Shown here: positions 11,055 through 21,644 of the stretch, one piece after another
Position numbering within the stretch: the stretch's first letter is position 1
Layout: each line of letters starts with the position of its first letter
NCBI GenBank assembly: GCA_965246715.1
Contig: CBDFFH010000020.1
Location: 64,001 to 128,000 of the forward strand
Direction of reading: 5' to 3'
Length of the DNA stretch: 64,000 nucleotides
Source: Chamaesiphon sp.
GTDB taxonomy: Bacteria; Cyanobacteriota; Cyanobacteriia; Cyanobacteriales; Chamaesiphonaceae
The notes under the pieces: model-generated
The model's input: the letters and a program-made list of their open reading frames with translations, nothing else
What the model was told of the DNA's origin: nothing
Databases searched by the model: none
Translations under genes and position numbers: made by a program

Positions 11055-11480
11055 TCAATTTCTCTGTACCCTGCTAAACCAGGTAGAAATCGCAGGTGCT
11101 CCTTGAAAGTACCATAATGCCAGCGCAGTGTCACAAATGGCGCACCCAAACGAGGACAGTGGCACGAATGGAACGATTGGCGTACCGTATAAATGGTGAA
11201 CCACATCCCATGCTGTATGTAACAGCCATCCAATGCCAATAAATCGATAATCCTTTAGTCCCCAGTAAGCTATAGCAGTCATCACCGTACAGAATGCAAA
11301 TTCCCAGCCTAACAAGCCACCATTGAGATATGCGGCTCCAGCTCCAGCGATCGTCAGGGCACTAAAATTGCGACGGTTCGGCTCTTTAAATAAAGAGCAC
11401 AAGGTGATGAAGACTATAGCGACAATTAACGGTGCAATTATTTGGATAATTGTTATTTCGGGTCTGACTTGAATTGGCAT
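11055..11480 (-). CDS. small membrane protein (DUF6010-like)
   Basis: Hydrophobic helices, GWLLHTAWDVVHH...FGCAICD. Confidence 0.75.
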   Translation of the reverse strand: MPIQVRPEITIIQIIAPLIVAIVFITLCSLFKEPNRRNFSALTIAGAGAAYLNGGLLGWEFAFCTVMTAIAYWGLKDYRFIGIGWLLHTAWDVVHHLYGTPIVPFVPLSSFGCAICDTALALWYFQGAPAISTWFSRVQRN

Positions 11481-11542
11481 ATCATTATTATCTTAGTGTT
11501 ATTCTTTAGTTCGATCGCGTCATAGTAAAATTATTTATATTT

Positions 11543-12011
11543 CTAACACTTTCTGCATTTTTTGTTGACGTTCCCATCTTTGAAAAGCGCGGTCGTAAGC
11601 ATATCCTGATGCTGAAACAAGACTCGCCACGCATCGACACCACGCACCATTCCCCAGGAAATTAGGACATATAGCGACCAAGGAACCCCAAACCCAGTTA
11701 GCAGATTTAATGGAAACAGACAGACATTGACGATCGCATATTTACCAAGTCGATCCTGAAGTCTCGATCGGCGATAAGCCTCAAATTCTCGATTTTTCAT
11801 TTATTACTGCTTTGTCGATCTAGCCACTGACGTTCTGGCAAGTTCTAACGATTCGGGAGCAGATACTCAGTTCTTGCGCGACTTCTAATAACTGAATCGA
11901 TGGGATAGCTCTGTGTCAAGATTCGAGTGTCGCGCCAGGGCAAGATTTAGGATTTCACTAACATCTTCCTGACTATATGAATGAGTTATGCGATCGTTTT
12001 GAAGAGTTCAT
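11543..12011 (-). pseudogene. 2TM-domain membrane protein, frameshifted
   Basis: N-terminal SYSQEDVSEILNLALAR; C-terminal transmembrane pair in ORF 11543-11800. Confidence 0.65.
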
Positions 12012-12028
12012 AATTCAACAATACCTCT

Positions 12029-12478
12029 TTAACTAACAACTGAATCTGATGCTTTGAACACCACTTGCCACGAGCGATGAACTAAAGTGGTCGAGGATGT
12101 AAATAATGAAAATCCGATGAGTGGATGCAGAACTCCTAAATGTAAGGCATGATTGAAGTGCCCTGTGATAAATTGCAGAGTGAGGAGTATTAACAGCCCT
12201 ACTGTAAGCATTTGGATTTTTCGAGGAAACGGATTGATAAACAGACCAGCTAACAGCATTACCACCAAGCCACTATATCCCCGTACCAACCAGACGTGAA
12301 TATGCCACCAACTAGAATCATAAAAAACAGCCAATCCAACTGTCAGCAGTTGGGCCATGAGGCAAACGTTGAATAATACCGCTAACACAACAAAGCCAAT
12401 TTGAGTCCAAGTTCTAGATATTTGCGTGCGCTCGGAGGGGAGATCTTTGACGGAGCCTTTCTGAAAGAAAATAGTCAT
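12029..12478 (-). CDS. membrane protein (DUF6220-like)
   Basis: Four transmembrane segments with WWHIH and LHP histidines. Confidence 0.75.
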   Translation of the reverse strand: MTIFFQKGSVKDLPSERTQISRTWTQIGFVVLAVLFNVCLMAQLLTVGLAVFYDSSWWHIHVWLVRGYSGLVVMLLAGLFINPFPRKIQMLTVGLLILLTLQFITGHFNHALHLGVLHPLIGFSLFTSSTTLVHRSWQVVFKASDSVVS

Positions 12479-12521
12479 AACTAACGATTATTTTTGAAGA
12501 TAAATTTGAAGGCTGGCAATC

Positions 12522-13355
12522 TTAGCTGGAAATCGGTACATTAGACAACCGACTCCATTCATTCCACGATCCGTCATAGTTGCGGACATGAGGATAGCCC
12601 AATAAATATTTCAAAACGAACCAGGTACATGCAGACCTGCCACCAATTGCACAATATGGAAACACCTCTTTATCGGCAGTAATTCCTTGGCTACCATAGA
12701 GATCTTGTAATGCTTCGATCGATTTAAATGTGCCATCCTCGTCTAATGTCAGCAGGTGTTCGATATTTACCGCACCAGGAATATGGCCCGCTTTTTCTGT
12801 GCCCTCTGGCGGTTTCATCATAAAGATTACGCCTTGATATTCTTGAGGTGTACGAGCATCGACTAACACACAATTCTGTTGTTTGAGAGCTGCTAGAACT
12901 TCTGGTTGTAGCACTCGAAAATTATGATTAGTAGCTGTTACCCGATACTGCGTGGGTGGAAAGCTGGAAAACTCCGATGCGACTGGACGACCTTCAGCAA
13001 CCCATTTCTGGTGTCCGCCATTGAGAACATATACTCGCTCGTGTCCGATGGTTTTCAACCACCAGAAAATTAAGGCTCCAGTATCGGGATAGCTACCATA
13101 GGCAATCACAGTAGTTTCAGGAGAAATACCGGATCGAGATAACAATTGTGCGATCTCATTGGGATCTAGCTTTATACTCAAATCGGGATTGAGGAAGTCT
13201 GTCAGGATATTCCAGAACACCGCACCAGGAATACGTGCGTCTCGATACTGTTGGGGATTCATGTTGAGTTCCACTACCCGCACATTCGGATCTTGGATGT
13301 GTTTTAGTAGCCATTGAGTATCGACCAAAACTTCAGGATGAGCGTAATCAGACAT
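12522..13355 (-). CDS. tandem-domain rhodanese sulfurtransferase
   Basis: GHIPGA, active loop YCAIGGRS, YDGSWNEW. Confidence 0.93.
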   Translation of the reverse strand: MSDYAHPEVLVDTQWLLKHIQDPNVRVVELNMNPQQYRDARIPGAVFWNILTDFLNPDLSIKLDPNEIAQLLSRSGISPETTVIAYGSYPDTGALIFWWLKTIGHERVYVLNGGHQKWVAEGRPVASEFSSFPPTQYRVTATNHNFRVLQPEVLAALKQQNCVLVDARTPQEYQGVIFMMKPPEGTEKAGHIPGAVNIEHLLTLDEDGTFKSIEALQDLYGSQGITADKEVFPYCAIGGRSACTWFVLKYLLGYPHVRNYDGSWNEWSRLSNVPISS

Positions 13356-13444
13356 CAGTTTTTTCCTATTTCTTGCACTAAAGTTAAGATTAAAGGAAGT
13401 AACCTAACCTAGATAGTCCTCGATCGGGTACTCTTTTTGACACT

Positions 13445-14104
13445 ATGACCACTTCCTTGCAGCCTTTATTTGCATCGATCGATTCTGTGAAAAATGAACG
13501 AGATTTAAGATCGGATCTCATCTCAAAAGTTGGCGAGCATTTCACAGCTAAACGATCGGGTATTTTTTTCTTTGACCAGCTTTCACAGCTAGATCCCAAT
13601 CTTCAGAAGCTATTCAAAGTGGCACTCTCGATCGAGCATAATCCCGTCGTCCGCTATCTCACAGAGCGTCACGCACCCGTACATGAAGGCTTGGTGACAT
13701 CACCCAAGGTTTGGAAGATAATTTGTCCTCGTCCCGACCACTGGCACGTAATGGCTGGGCCAATTGTCGTTAGCGGTCAACTGGTAGGTGCGGTGGGTTG
13801 CACTCGCGATAAGTCGATGCCTGCTTTTGATTCGCAACATCTAGCTGATTTGAGTGGGATCTGTTTGCACTTATCGATGTGGGCAGCAACGGCTAGATCC
13901 AAAGATCGACCTTTTAAAACTGAACGATTGACAGCGCGTGAATTACAAATTGTCGAATTGGTAGCTTTAGGGCGAACAAATGCTGAGATTGGTACTGAAT
14001 TGTGGATTACCGAAAATTCCGTCAAACAGGCTCTAAAGCGCATGTTTCGGAAGCTTGAAGTCTCCTCTCGTGCTGAAATGGTGGCACAGCTTTCTTCTAG
14101 TTAA
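13445..14104 (+). CDS. GAF + LuxR HTH transcriptional regulator
   Basis: LTARELQIVELVALGRTNAEIG...SSRAEMV; divergent from rhodanese. Confidence 0.9.
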   Translation: MTTSLQPLFASIDSVKNERDLRSDLISKVGEHFTAKRSGIFFFDQLSQLDPNLQKLFKVALSIEHNPVVRYLTERHAPVHEGLVTSPKVWKIICPRPDHWHVMAGPIVVSGQLVGAVGCTRDKSMPAFDSQHLADLSGICLHLSMWAATARSKDRPFKTERLTARELQIVELVALGRTNAEIGTELWITENSVKQALKRMFRKLEVSSRAEMVAQLSSS

Positions 14105-14115
14105 TCTAAGTTAGT

Positions 14116-15055
14116 GTGAAGATGAATCATTCTCGAAATCGCCGGAAATTTTTGCTGGCTGCTATATCTGTGCCGATGGCGACTATTTGGACATCGTGGG
14201 CTACGAAGGGGGATGCTGTAGTTTCGGCTCAAGCACAGTTAGCGAAACTCGAACGGACTTTGGCAGGTCGTCTGGGTGTATTTGCAATGGACACAGCCAA
14301 TGGCAAACAACTTAGCTATCATGCTGATGAGTATTTTCCCATGTGCAGCACTTTCAAGGTACTCCTGGTATCCGCCATCTTGAAACGCAGCACACAGAGC
14401 GATAGGTTGATGCAGCAGCGCATCAAATACCAGCAGAGGGATCTGGTGACATATTCCCCCATTACCGAACGGCATGTGGAAGATGGCATGACGGTTTCCG
14501 CTCTCTGCGCCGCTGCAATCCAGTATAGCGACAACACCGCTTCAAATCTGTTGATGAAGCTCCTCGGTGGCCCTGGATCTGTCACTACGTTCGCGCGATC
14601 GCTCGGCGATCTCCAATTTCGGCTCGTTGGCGTAGCCTCTCGCGAGCGAGAATCGCTGGGAAACTGCGCTTAATTCATCGCTTCCAGGCGATCGACGGGA
14701 CACATCGACACCTAATGCGATGGCAAGTAGTCTCCAACGACTCGCATTTGGAGACGCACTAGAGCCACATCTCCAGTTGCAATTACGAGTTTGGCTACAT
14801 GGTAATACGACTGGGGCGGCACGCATTCGCGCTGGTGTTCCTACCGACTGGGAAGTCGGAGACAAGACGGGTACTGGCGACTATGGTACCGCCAACGATC
14901 TTGCCGTGTTGTGGCCGCCACGGAGATCGCCCGTTGTCATGGCGATCTACACCACTCAAGGTGAGAAAGACGCAAAGGCGCGTAATGACGTTATTGTATC
15001 GGCAGCTCGAATTGTTGTCGATTGGCTGGCGATTGCTAAGATCGAAGGATTCTAA
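14116..15055 (+). pseudogene. bla: class A beta-lactamase, Tat-type signal, frameshifted by a 25-nt insert
   Basis: RRKFLL, STFK, SDN, KTG; removing 14627-14651 restores FRLDRWETALN and joins the two ORFs. Confidence 0.93.
14627..14651 (+). repeat. micro-element family A (25 nt)
   Basis: CG^TTGGCGTAGCCTCTCGCGAGCGAGA^ATCG. Confidence 0.92.
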
Positions 15056-15067
15056 TCTAAAACTCTG

Positions 15068-15778
15068 ATGACAGATCGACACCCAGCGATTGTATTCGAT
15101 CGAAATATGGCTTCTTCCTATGACAAAGGGAATGCCGTGTTTGCGCCGCTGCGCGATGCACTGAATTTTCTCATCCACACGATTCTTGCCGAACTTCCCA
15201 GCGATGCTCACATCCTCTGCGTTGGAGTTGGCACTGGTTCGGAAGTCATCGATCTTGCCCAAGCCTTTCCAAAATGGCGGTTCACATTGGTAGAGCCAGC
15301 AGCACCGATGCTGGATATTTGTCGCCAACGGGTTGAAGATCTGGATATCACCTCCCGTTGCACGTTTCACGAAGGTTATCTCGATTCGCTCACCAGAGCG
15401 GATACATTTGATGCGGCGACTTGCTTGTTTGTATCTCAGTTCTTATTGCAGTCGGAGGAACGGCGCGACTTTTTTCATCAGATTGCTGTGAGACTGCGCT
15501 CTCAGGGCTATTTGATTAATGCCGATCTCGCCTACGATCGATCTGCTGCAACCTATCCCGAACTGCTGGATATTTGGGTGCGGATAATGGCATCGGCGGG
15601 AATGCCCATTGAAATGGTTCGTGCTAGGATTAGTGCTGCTTACGATCGCGATGTCGCTGTACTACCACCGTCAGAAGTTGCCTCAATTATTGCAGCAGGC
15701 GGATTCGACTCACCTGTACTATTCTTTCAAAGTCTGTTGATGCACGCTTGGTATGCAAGGCGGAATACTTTGATTTAA
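15068..15778 (+). CDS. class I SAM-dependent methyltransferase
   Basis: ILCVGVGTG motif I. Confidence 0.9.
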   Translation: MTDRHPAIVFDRNMASSYDKGNAVFAPLRDALNFLIHTILAELPSDAHILCVGVGTGSEVIDLAQAFPKWRFTLVEPAAPMLDICRQRVEDLDITSRCTFHEGYLDSLTRADTFDAATCLFVSQFLLQSEERRDFFHQIAVRLRSQGYLINADLAYDRSAATYPELLDIWVRIMASAGMPIEMVRARISAAYDRDVAVLPPSEVASIIAAGGFDSPVLFFQSLLMHAWYARRNTLI

Positions 15779-16205
15779 TCTCGCGGATAACAGGACAGGG
15801 TTTCCTGAATTTGCGGCGCATTCAAGCAGCGGGACAACAACAAATTAGCGAAGGATGAGCTAATTTGAGCAAGATCGAAACACTGACCCAGTAACAGCTT
15901 CGAGCGGGTGAATTTACGGTCGATCGAATACACTTCCGCAACTCTATCGATCGACAGAGTAATTTCCAATCTAGTTTAGTTGACAATTAGACTGTAGTTT
16001 TATAAATTACAGACAACATATCGAGAGTTTTAATGAAACAGCATACGCACAAATATAGCTAATTATCATCTTGCAAGTCGCAGCACCATAATTGAATTCG
16101 CGCTCTCGATCGAACAGCAGGCAAATCTTCATGACTAAATTCGATCGAAATAGATCCCATTTTGATACATTCACCTTGCCCTCCCACTGTTACCTAAAAT
16201 AACCG

Positions 16206-17081
16206 ATGAAAGCACAGCAGTCACGTACTCGAATCTGGCGATCGCATTATCTACCCTCGATCGAGTTATTGCATAGTGCTGGTCAAAGCTCCCATTCATT
16301 GCCCCGCCATTTTCACGAAGAACTAGAGCTAAACATCAAGCAGGGTGACGGCTGGCAGTTTAATTACCGAGGTACGACGCACAACGTGCCAGCAGATACA
16401 TTAGCGATCACACAACCGGGCGAAGCGCATCAGGCGGACTCGACTGGTAACTCTTCAGGCAAGAGCCTCCGCCAACAAGACTACATTTTTAGAGGACTGA
16501 GGATCGATCTGGATTTACTGCAACAAGTGGCGACTGACGTTGCTGGACGCGAGACATCTGTGCCATTTTTTCCGCTGCCGCTCGTCCAAGATCGCGACCT
16601 CACCGACCAGATCGTGCGAGTTCACCAAGCACTATCACAACCCATTTCTCAGCTCGAACAACAGTCATTGGTGCTAGATTTCTTAGCACAATTAATTCTG
16701 CGATGTGCGGCAGCACCAATTTGTATTGCCAAGTTAGGGGCAGAACGTCAGCCAGTCGAGCGCGTTCGGGCGTATATCGAAGAAAATTACGATCGGGAGA
16801 TTTCATTAGAGGAATTATCACGAGTTGCCAATTTAAGTTCCTTTCATCTGAATCGATCGTTTAGTAAAACATTTGGAATGCCGCCGCACGCTTATCAAAT
16901 TCAAGTACGAATTTTACAGGCAAAACGTTTGCTTGGTAAAGACTGGTCGATCGATCGAGTCGTTTCCGAAACTGGCTTTGCGAGTCAAAGCCACTTTGGT
17001 TTACATTTTAAGCGGCTGGTTTGTATCACCCCCAAACAATATATTCAAGACAGCAAGAACGTGATAGATTTCGGTAATTAA
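16206..17081 (+). CDS. AraC family regulator (cupin + double HTH)
   Basis: PRHFHEE; SLEELSRVANLSSFHL; GFASQSHF. Confidence 0.93.
   Translation: MKAQQSRTRIWRSHYLPSIELLHSAGQSSHSLPRHFHEELELNIKQGDGWQFNYRGTTHNVPADTLAITQPGEAHQADSTGNSSGKSLRQQDYIFRGLRIDLDLLQQVATDVAGRETSVPFFPLPLVQDRDLTDQIVRVHQALSQPISQLEQQSLVLDFLAQLILRCAAAPICIAKLGAERQPVERVRAYIEENYDREISLEELSRVANLSSFHLNRSFSKTFGMPPHAYQIQVRILQAKRLLGKDWSIDRVVSETGFASQSHFGLHFKRLVCITPKQYIQDSKNVIDFGN
16452..16475 (-). repeat. micro-element family A (diverged)
   Basis: TTGGCGGAGGCTCTTGCCTGAAGA; accounts for 8 extra aa relative to two AraC paralogs. Confidence 0.7.
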
Positions 17082-17219
17082 GTTCATTAAGCTGGAGACA
17101 AGTGGAAGAGCGCGATTAATGTGCTTTGAAAAATTTAATTTCTGGCGATTCTTGTCAATAATCAAATCGATCGCCGGAGTGCCAGCGGCTGAGTAATTAA
17201 TTATAGAAGGCAATCATTT

Positions 17220-17960
17220 ATGGCACCTTTAACCGGGAAAGTGGCGATCGTGACTGGCTCGTCGCGCGGCATCGGGCGCGGCATTGCGGAACAGTTGGGA
17301 CGCGATGGAGCAGCGGTGGTCATCAACTATTCTGGCAGCGAACGGGAAGCCAGTGAAGCTGTAGAGGCGATTGCCGCAGCGGGTGGCAAGAGCGTGGCAA
17401 TTCAGGCAAGTATGAGTCAGGTTGCGGATATTCGCCGTCTGTTCGCCGAGACGATGCAGCACTTTGGTCGCATCGATATTCTGGTTAATAATGCTGGCAT
17501 GAGTTTTATGAGCGCGATCGCGGATGTGACTGAAGATGAGTACGATCGGGTGTTTGACCTGAATGTTCGCGGCGTTTTGTTTGCGTTGCAAGAAGCCGCC
17601 AAACACATGAATGACGGTGGCAGGATCGTCAATATTTCCTCTTCAACCACCCTTTATCCTGAATCGGGGATGGCACTTTATACAGCGAGTAAGTCAGCCA
17701 TCAAGCTGTTTACCGTCGTGATGGCAAAGGAAGTCGGATCTCGCGGCATTACCGTCAATACCGTCACGCCTGGTCCGACAATTCCTGGAATGTTTGGCAA
17801 TTTGCCGCCAGAAGTGCAGCAGCTCGCTGCTGCCAGTTCTCCCTTCAATCGCGTCGGAACGCCCCAAGACATCGCAGACGTGGTGTCATTTCTGGTGAGC
17901 GATCGAGGGCGATGGTTAACCGGACAAGATATTTGTGCCAATGGCGGCGCAAACATGTAA
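17220..17960 (+). CDS. SDR family oxidoreductase
   Basis: TGSSRGIG, NNAG, YTASK. Confidence 0.95.
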   Translation: MAPLTGKVAIVTGSSRGIGRGIAEQLGRDGAAVVINYSGSEREASEAVEAIAAAGGKSVAIQASMSQVADIRRLFAETMQHFGRIDILVNNAGMSFMSAIADVTEDEYDRVFDLNVRGVLFALQEAAKHMNDGGRIVNISSSTTLYPESGMALYTASKSAIKLFTVVMAKEVGSRGITVNTVTPGPTIPGMFGNLPPEVQQLAAASSPFNRVGTPQDIADVVSFLVSDRGRWLTGQDICANGGANM

Positions 17961-18161
17961 CTGAGGTTTCGATCGCCCGAACCTGGAACTAGGCTGGAAA
18001 TTTCGAGTTCTAAATTCGACCTTTCAGGCTTGGTAAGCCGAGGGGCAAAAGCTCAAATTGTCGAGTAAAACCTGCCCTACTCCCAGCCAGCGACAGCATC
18101 CTAGATGTCACAGCAGTAGCTTTAGCACTGATGAGCGACGACGCGAATAGAAGCATCACCT

Positions 18162-19010
18162 ATGAAAGCAAATCAGTCACACATTAAGGTTTGGCGATCG
18201 CAGTACCTGCCATCGATCGAATTGGTGCAGAGTGTTTCTAAAGCATATTCATTGCCCCGCCATTTTCATGAAGAACTAGAGCTTGTCGTTAGACAGGGTG
18301 ACGGGTGGCAATTTAACTATCGAGGCGCGATGTATAGCGTTCCCTCAGATACCTTAGTTGTGACACAACCTGGAGAAGTCCACCATGCTAATTGGATGAG
18401 CGAGCGAGACTGTACGTTTCGAGGGCTACGAATCGATCCAGATTTACTGCAACAAGTTGCCACAGAAATTGCTGGGCATCAAACAGCGGTGCCATTTTTT
18501 CCGATGCCGCTAGTCCAAGATCGCGACCTCACTCACCGGATCGTGCGAGTTCATCAAGCCTTATCGCAATCGGGTTCGCAACTCGAACAGCAAACTACGA
18601 TCCAGGATCTGGTAGCACGATTGATTCTGCGCTGTGCTGCCAATCCACCCTGTCTGACTAGAGTAAGAACAGAACGTCAGCCCATCGAGCGCGTGCGGGC
18701 ATATCTACAAGACCATTACAGTCGAGAGATCTCGCTAGAGCAACTAGCACAGATTGCCGAGTTGAGTTCGTTTCATCTCAATCGCTCGTTTCGCCAAATA
18801 TTTGGAATGCCACCGCACGCTTATCAAATTCAAGTGCGAATTTTACAGGCAAAACGGCTACTCAGACAAGAGCTATCGATCGAGCAAGTAGCCATTGCCA
18901 CTGGATTTGCGAGTCAAAGCCACTTTGGAACGCACTTCAAGCGGCTCGTTTTCGTTACACCGATGCAATACGTTCGAGACAGCAAGAACGTGATAATTTT
19001 CAGTGTTTAG
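18162..19010 (+). CDS. AraC family regulator (paralog of 16206-17081)
   Basis: Same motifs, clearly alignable. Confidence 0.93.
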   Translation: MKANQSHIKVWRSQYLPSIELVQSVSKAYSLPRHFHEELELVVRQGDGWQFNYRGAMYSVPSDTLVVTQPGEVHHANWMSERDCTFRGLRIDPDLLQQVATEIAGHQTAVPFFPMPLVQDRDLTHRIVRVHQALSQSGSQLEQQTTIQDLVARLILRCAANPPCLTRVRTERQPIERVRAYLQDHYSREISLEQLAQIAELSSFHLNRSFRQIFGMPPHAYQIQVRILQAKRLLRQELSIEQVAIATGFASQSHFGTHFKRLVFVTPMQYVRDSKNVIIFSV

Positions 19011-19083
19011 ATTTGTTAGGGTAGAGACACGTTCGTTCTTAACCAGAAAGCGATCGCATCCCAGATCGGTAAAATTAAAATAC

Positions 19084-19458
19084 ATGCTGGAACACACCGC
19101 TGAAATTACCAGCTTTCATGCCCATATTTATTACGACCTCACGACCCGCGAGGTGGCAGAGCGCGTGCGGCAGGGATTAGGCGATCGCTTTGAGGTACAG
19201 TTGGGACGCTGGCACGATCGACCGATCGGCCCTCATCCAAAGTCGATGTACCAGGCTGCTTTTGCCGTAAATCAGTTCGATCGGGTCGTGCCGTGGCTAA
19301 TGCTGCACCGCGAAAACTTAGATATTCTCATTCATCCTAATACGGGAGATGCAGTTGCAGACCATACCGATTATGCTCTGTGGTTGGGAGAGAAACTGCC
19401 AGTCAAAATTGAACCCCTGCGGCAATTTAACAAGTCACTTCTGCTGGCACAAACTTGA
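19084..19458 (+). CDS. DOPA 4,5-dioxygenase family protein
   Basis: FHAHIYY, PIGPHP, ILIHPNTG, DHT...WLG. Confidence 0.88.
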   Translation: MLEHTAEITSFHAHIYYDLTTREVAERVRQGLGDRFEVQLGRWHDRPIGPHPKSMYQAAFAVNQFDRVVPWLMLHRENLDILIHPNTGDAVADHTDYALWLGEKLPVKIEPLRQFNKSLLLAQT

Positions 19459-19475
19459 ATCCCTTAAATCTACCT

Positions 19476-20367
19476 ATGAAAGCAAATCTACCGATGAAAG
19501 AGGATCTATTACGCCCTAAACTTTGGCGATCGCGCTACCTGCCATCAATCGAGTTCTTTGAGAATACTTGTAAGAGCTTCTCATTGCCCCGCCATTTTCA
19601 TGACGAACTAGAGCTTAACCTCCGGCAGGGTAACGGCTGGCAGTTAAACTACCGAGGCACGATCCACAGCGTGCCATCTGAAACCTTAGTTGTGACACAG
19701 CCAGGAGAATCGCATCAAGTCGATGCGCCTAGCGATCGGCAAGGCACTTTTCGCGGATTACGGGTAGGGATAGATTTACTTCAACAAGTGGCTACAGAAG
19801 TTGCCGGACGCGAAACAGAGCTGCCACTTTTTCCGATGCCATTAGTCCACGACAGCAATTTTAATATCCAGTTCATTCGAGTTCATCAAGCTGTAGAACG
19901 GTCTACATCTCAACTCGAACAACAGACATTGACCCTAGATTTGTTAGCACAATTAATTCTTCGCCATTCAGAAAATCCACCGGATCTCGCCAATTTAGAA
20001 ACGGAAATTCAGCCTGTCCATAACATTCGTGACTACCTAGAAGAACATTCCGATCGAGAAATATCGTTAGAGCAATTGGCACAGGTGGCGAACTTGAGTC
20101 CATTTCATCTCAATCGCTCGTTTCGCCAAACATTTGGAATGCCGCCGCACGCTTATCAAATTCAAATGCGAATTTTGAGAGCAAAACGTCTCCTCAGAAA
20201 AAATAGATCGATTACCTCCGGTAGGCTCCGCCAACGAGAGTGTCGCTATTGAAACTGGATTTGTGAGTCAAAGCCACTTTGGATCGCACTTCAAGCGGCT
20301 GGTTGCTCTTACTCCAAAGCAATTCATCCAAGACAGCAAGAAAACGATAAATTTCGATTTTAAATAA
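19476..20367 (+). pseudogene. third AraC paralog, frameshifted by a 22-nt insert
   Basis: Removing 20213-20234 restores RSIESVAIETGFVSQSHFG...QDSKKTINFDFK*. Confidence 0.9.
20213..20234 (-). repeat. micro-element family A (22 nt)
   Basis: CG^TTGGCGGAGCCTACCGGAGGTA^ATCG. Confidence 0.92.
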
Positions 20368-20482
20368 AAGTTAAACAAGTTATGTTCAAGGTTTCTCGAA
20401 AGGCAAATGCTCGACCCTGTTGTCGTTCGATAACCTGACCCCGTTCATCAACCCGTACAGTTTCAAACTCAACGGGATATCG

Positions 20483-20506
20483 TTGGCGTAGCCTACCGCG
20501 TAGGTA
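20483..20506 (+). repeat. micro-element family A
   Basis: CG^TTGGCGTAGCCTACCGCGTAGGTA^ATCG. Confidence 0.9.
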
Positions 20507-20624
20507 ATCGTTAACTTTAATAGCAGACATCAGATTGCAACTCCTTAAGTTTATTAGTTGTTTGCGTTACTAATTTGCTGATATGTTTTGTCAATTGTTA
20601 CGCTCGATTGTGCGGTACCAATCA

Positions 20625-20999
20625 TCAATCATTTTGAATATTCCAATCCACACTTCGATTCCACGCATCAGATATTGTCACTGATGTCCCATGCCATTTA
20701 ATAAATACATTTCTTCGATCTGTAATTTTTGTTGGGTCATCTAATTCACTAGCAGAGAATGCTTTGGTAAAAACTATCGTCTCGTTAGTGTTAGCCAGTC
20801 GAAAAGTTACTCGATCGAGCTTATTAAATAATCCGAATATGCCGACTCTCTGCACTGTAACCGATGCGACATGCTTGCCGTCGTCCGATTTTTTTGTTTC
20901 GCCATATGACAACGGTATCCAGCAAGGAAAAGAAATCAATAATGCGGTAAATAATAAAGCCGCGATGTATTCTCTTGATATTTTCATCCAATTTGTCAC
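20625..20999 (-). CDS. hypothetical membrane-anchored or secreted protein
   Basis: 124-aa ORF with N-terminal hydrophobic segment; AT-rich. Confidence 0.55.
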   Translation of the reverse strand: MTNWMKISREYIAALLFTALLISFPCWIPLSYGETKKSDDGKHVASVTVQRVGIFGLFNKLDRVTFRLANTNETIVFTKAFSASELDDPTKITDRRNVFIKWHGTSVTISDAWNRSVDWNIQND

Positions 21000-21047
21000 T
21001 TTCGCATGTATTTATTTGTTAACATAATATCTGGTGTTATGAGTAGG

Positions 21048-21145
21048 CAATATATCCAAGACAGCAAGAACGTGATAATTTTCGGTGTTTAGGTTCGTTA
21101 GGGTATATACATGTTCGCTCTCAACCAAGGTAGCCAGCGATGAAT
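21048..21145 (+). promoter_or_regulatory. free-standing copy of the AraC-3'-end promoter module
   Basis: CAATATATCCAAGACAGCAAGAACGTGATAATTTTCGG..., matching 17037+ and 18975+. Confidence 0.7.
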
Positions 21146-21628
21146 ATAACTTCAACGACAAAATCCAGGCGGATAACAGGTAAACTGTTAATCTCTTTGG
21201 TGGCAGTATTTACCGCTGTAGCTCCATATCTAGCAGATTGGAATGTAACGCACATTTATAATCCGGCGTGGCCCCCACACGCTAAATTTCACAACGCACA
21301 AACTATGGTTTTGGGCACGATTCTCGGTTTTCTAACCATGTATTGTTTGTGGCTTAGAAAAGGGGTTACGCAACAGCAAAAGTTAAACGAAGCGGCGGTT
21401 TTGGCATCATTATATTGGTTGGCTCAATTACCTGCGACATTCTTTCCTGGAGTAGCGTTGGCTGACCCTGGAAAGAATCATACCCAAATGCCAGTCATAT
21501 TTGGTGTCGAACTTAACCAGCTAATCATGGATATTATCGTTATTTTTCCTTTGATTGCCGTTGGCTATTATTTGGAAAGTAAATCGCTTAAAAAGGCAGA
21601 AATTGCCAAAAACTTAAACATCACTTAA
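21140..21628 (+). CDS. membrane protein (DUF6640-like)
   Basis: ADWNVTHIYNPAWPPHAKFHNAQT plus transmembrane helices. Confidence 0.8.
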   Translation: MNITSTTKSRRITGKLLISLVAVFTAVAPYLADWNVTHIYNPAWPPHAKFHNAQTMVLGTILGFLTMYCLWLRKGVTQQQKLNEAAVLASLYWLAQLPATFFPGVALADPGKNHTQMPVIFGVELNQLIMDIIVIFPLIAVGYYLESKSLKKAEIAKNLNIT

Positions 21629-21644
21629 ACATCAAAAAAACACT

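Noticed and set aside
19466..19501. 18-bp tandem duplication at the third AraC start
   Set aside because: Simple local slippage giving two possible start codons; no evidence of function.
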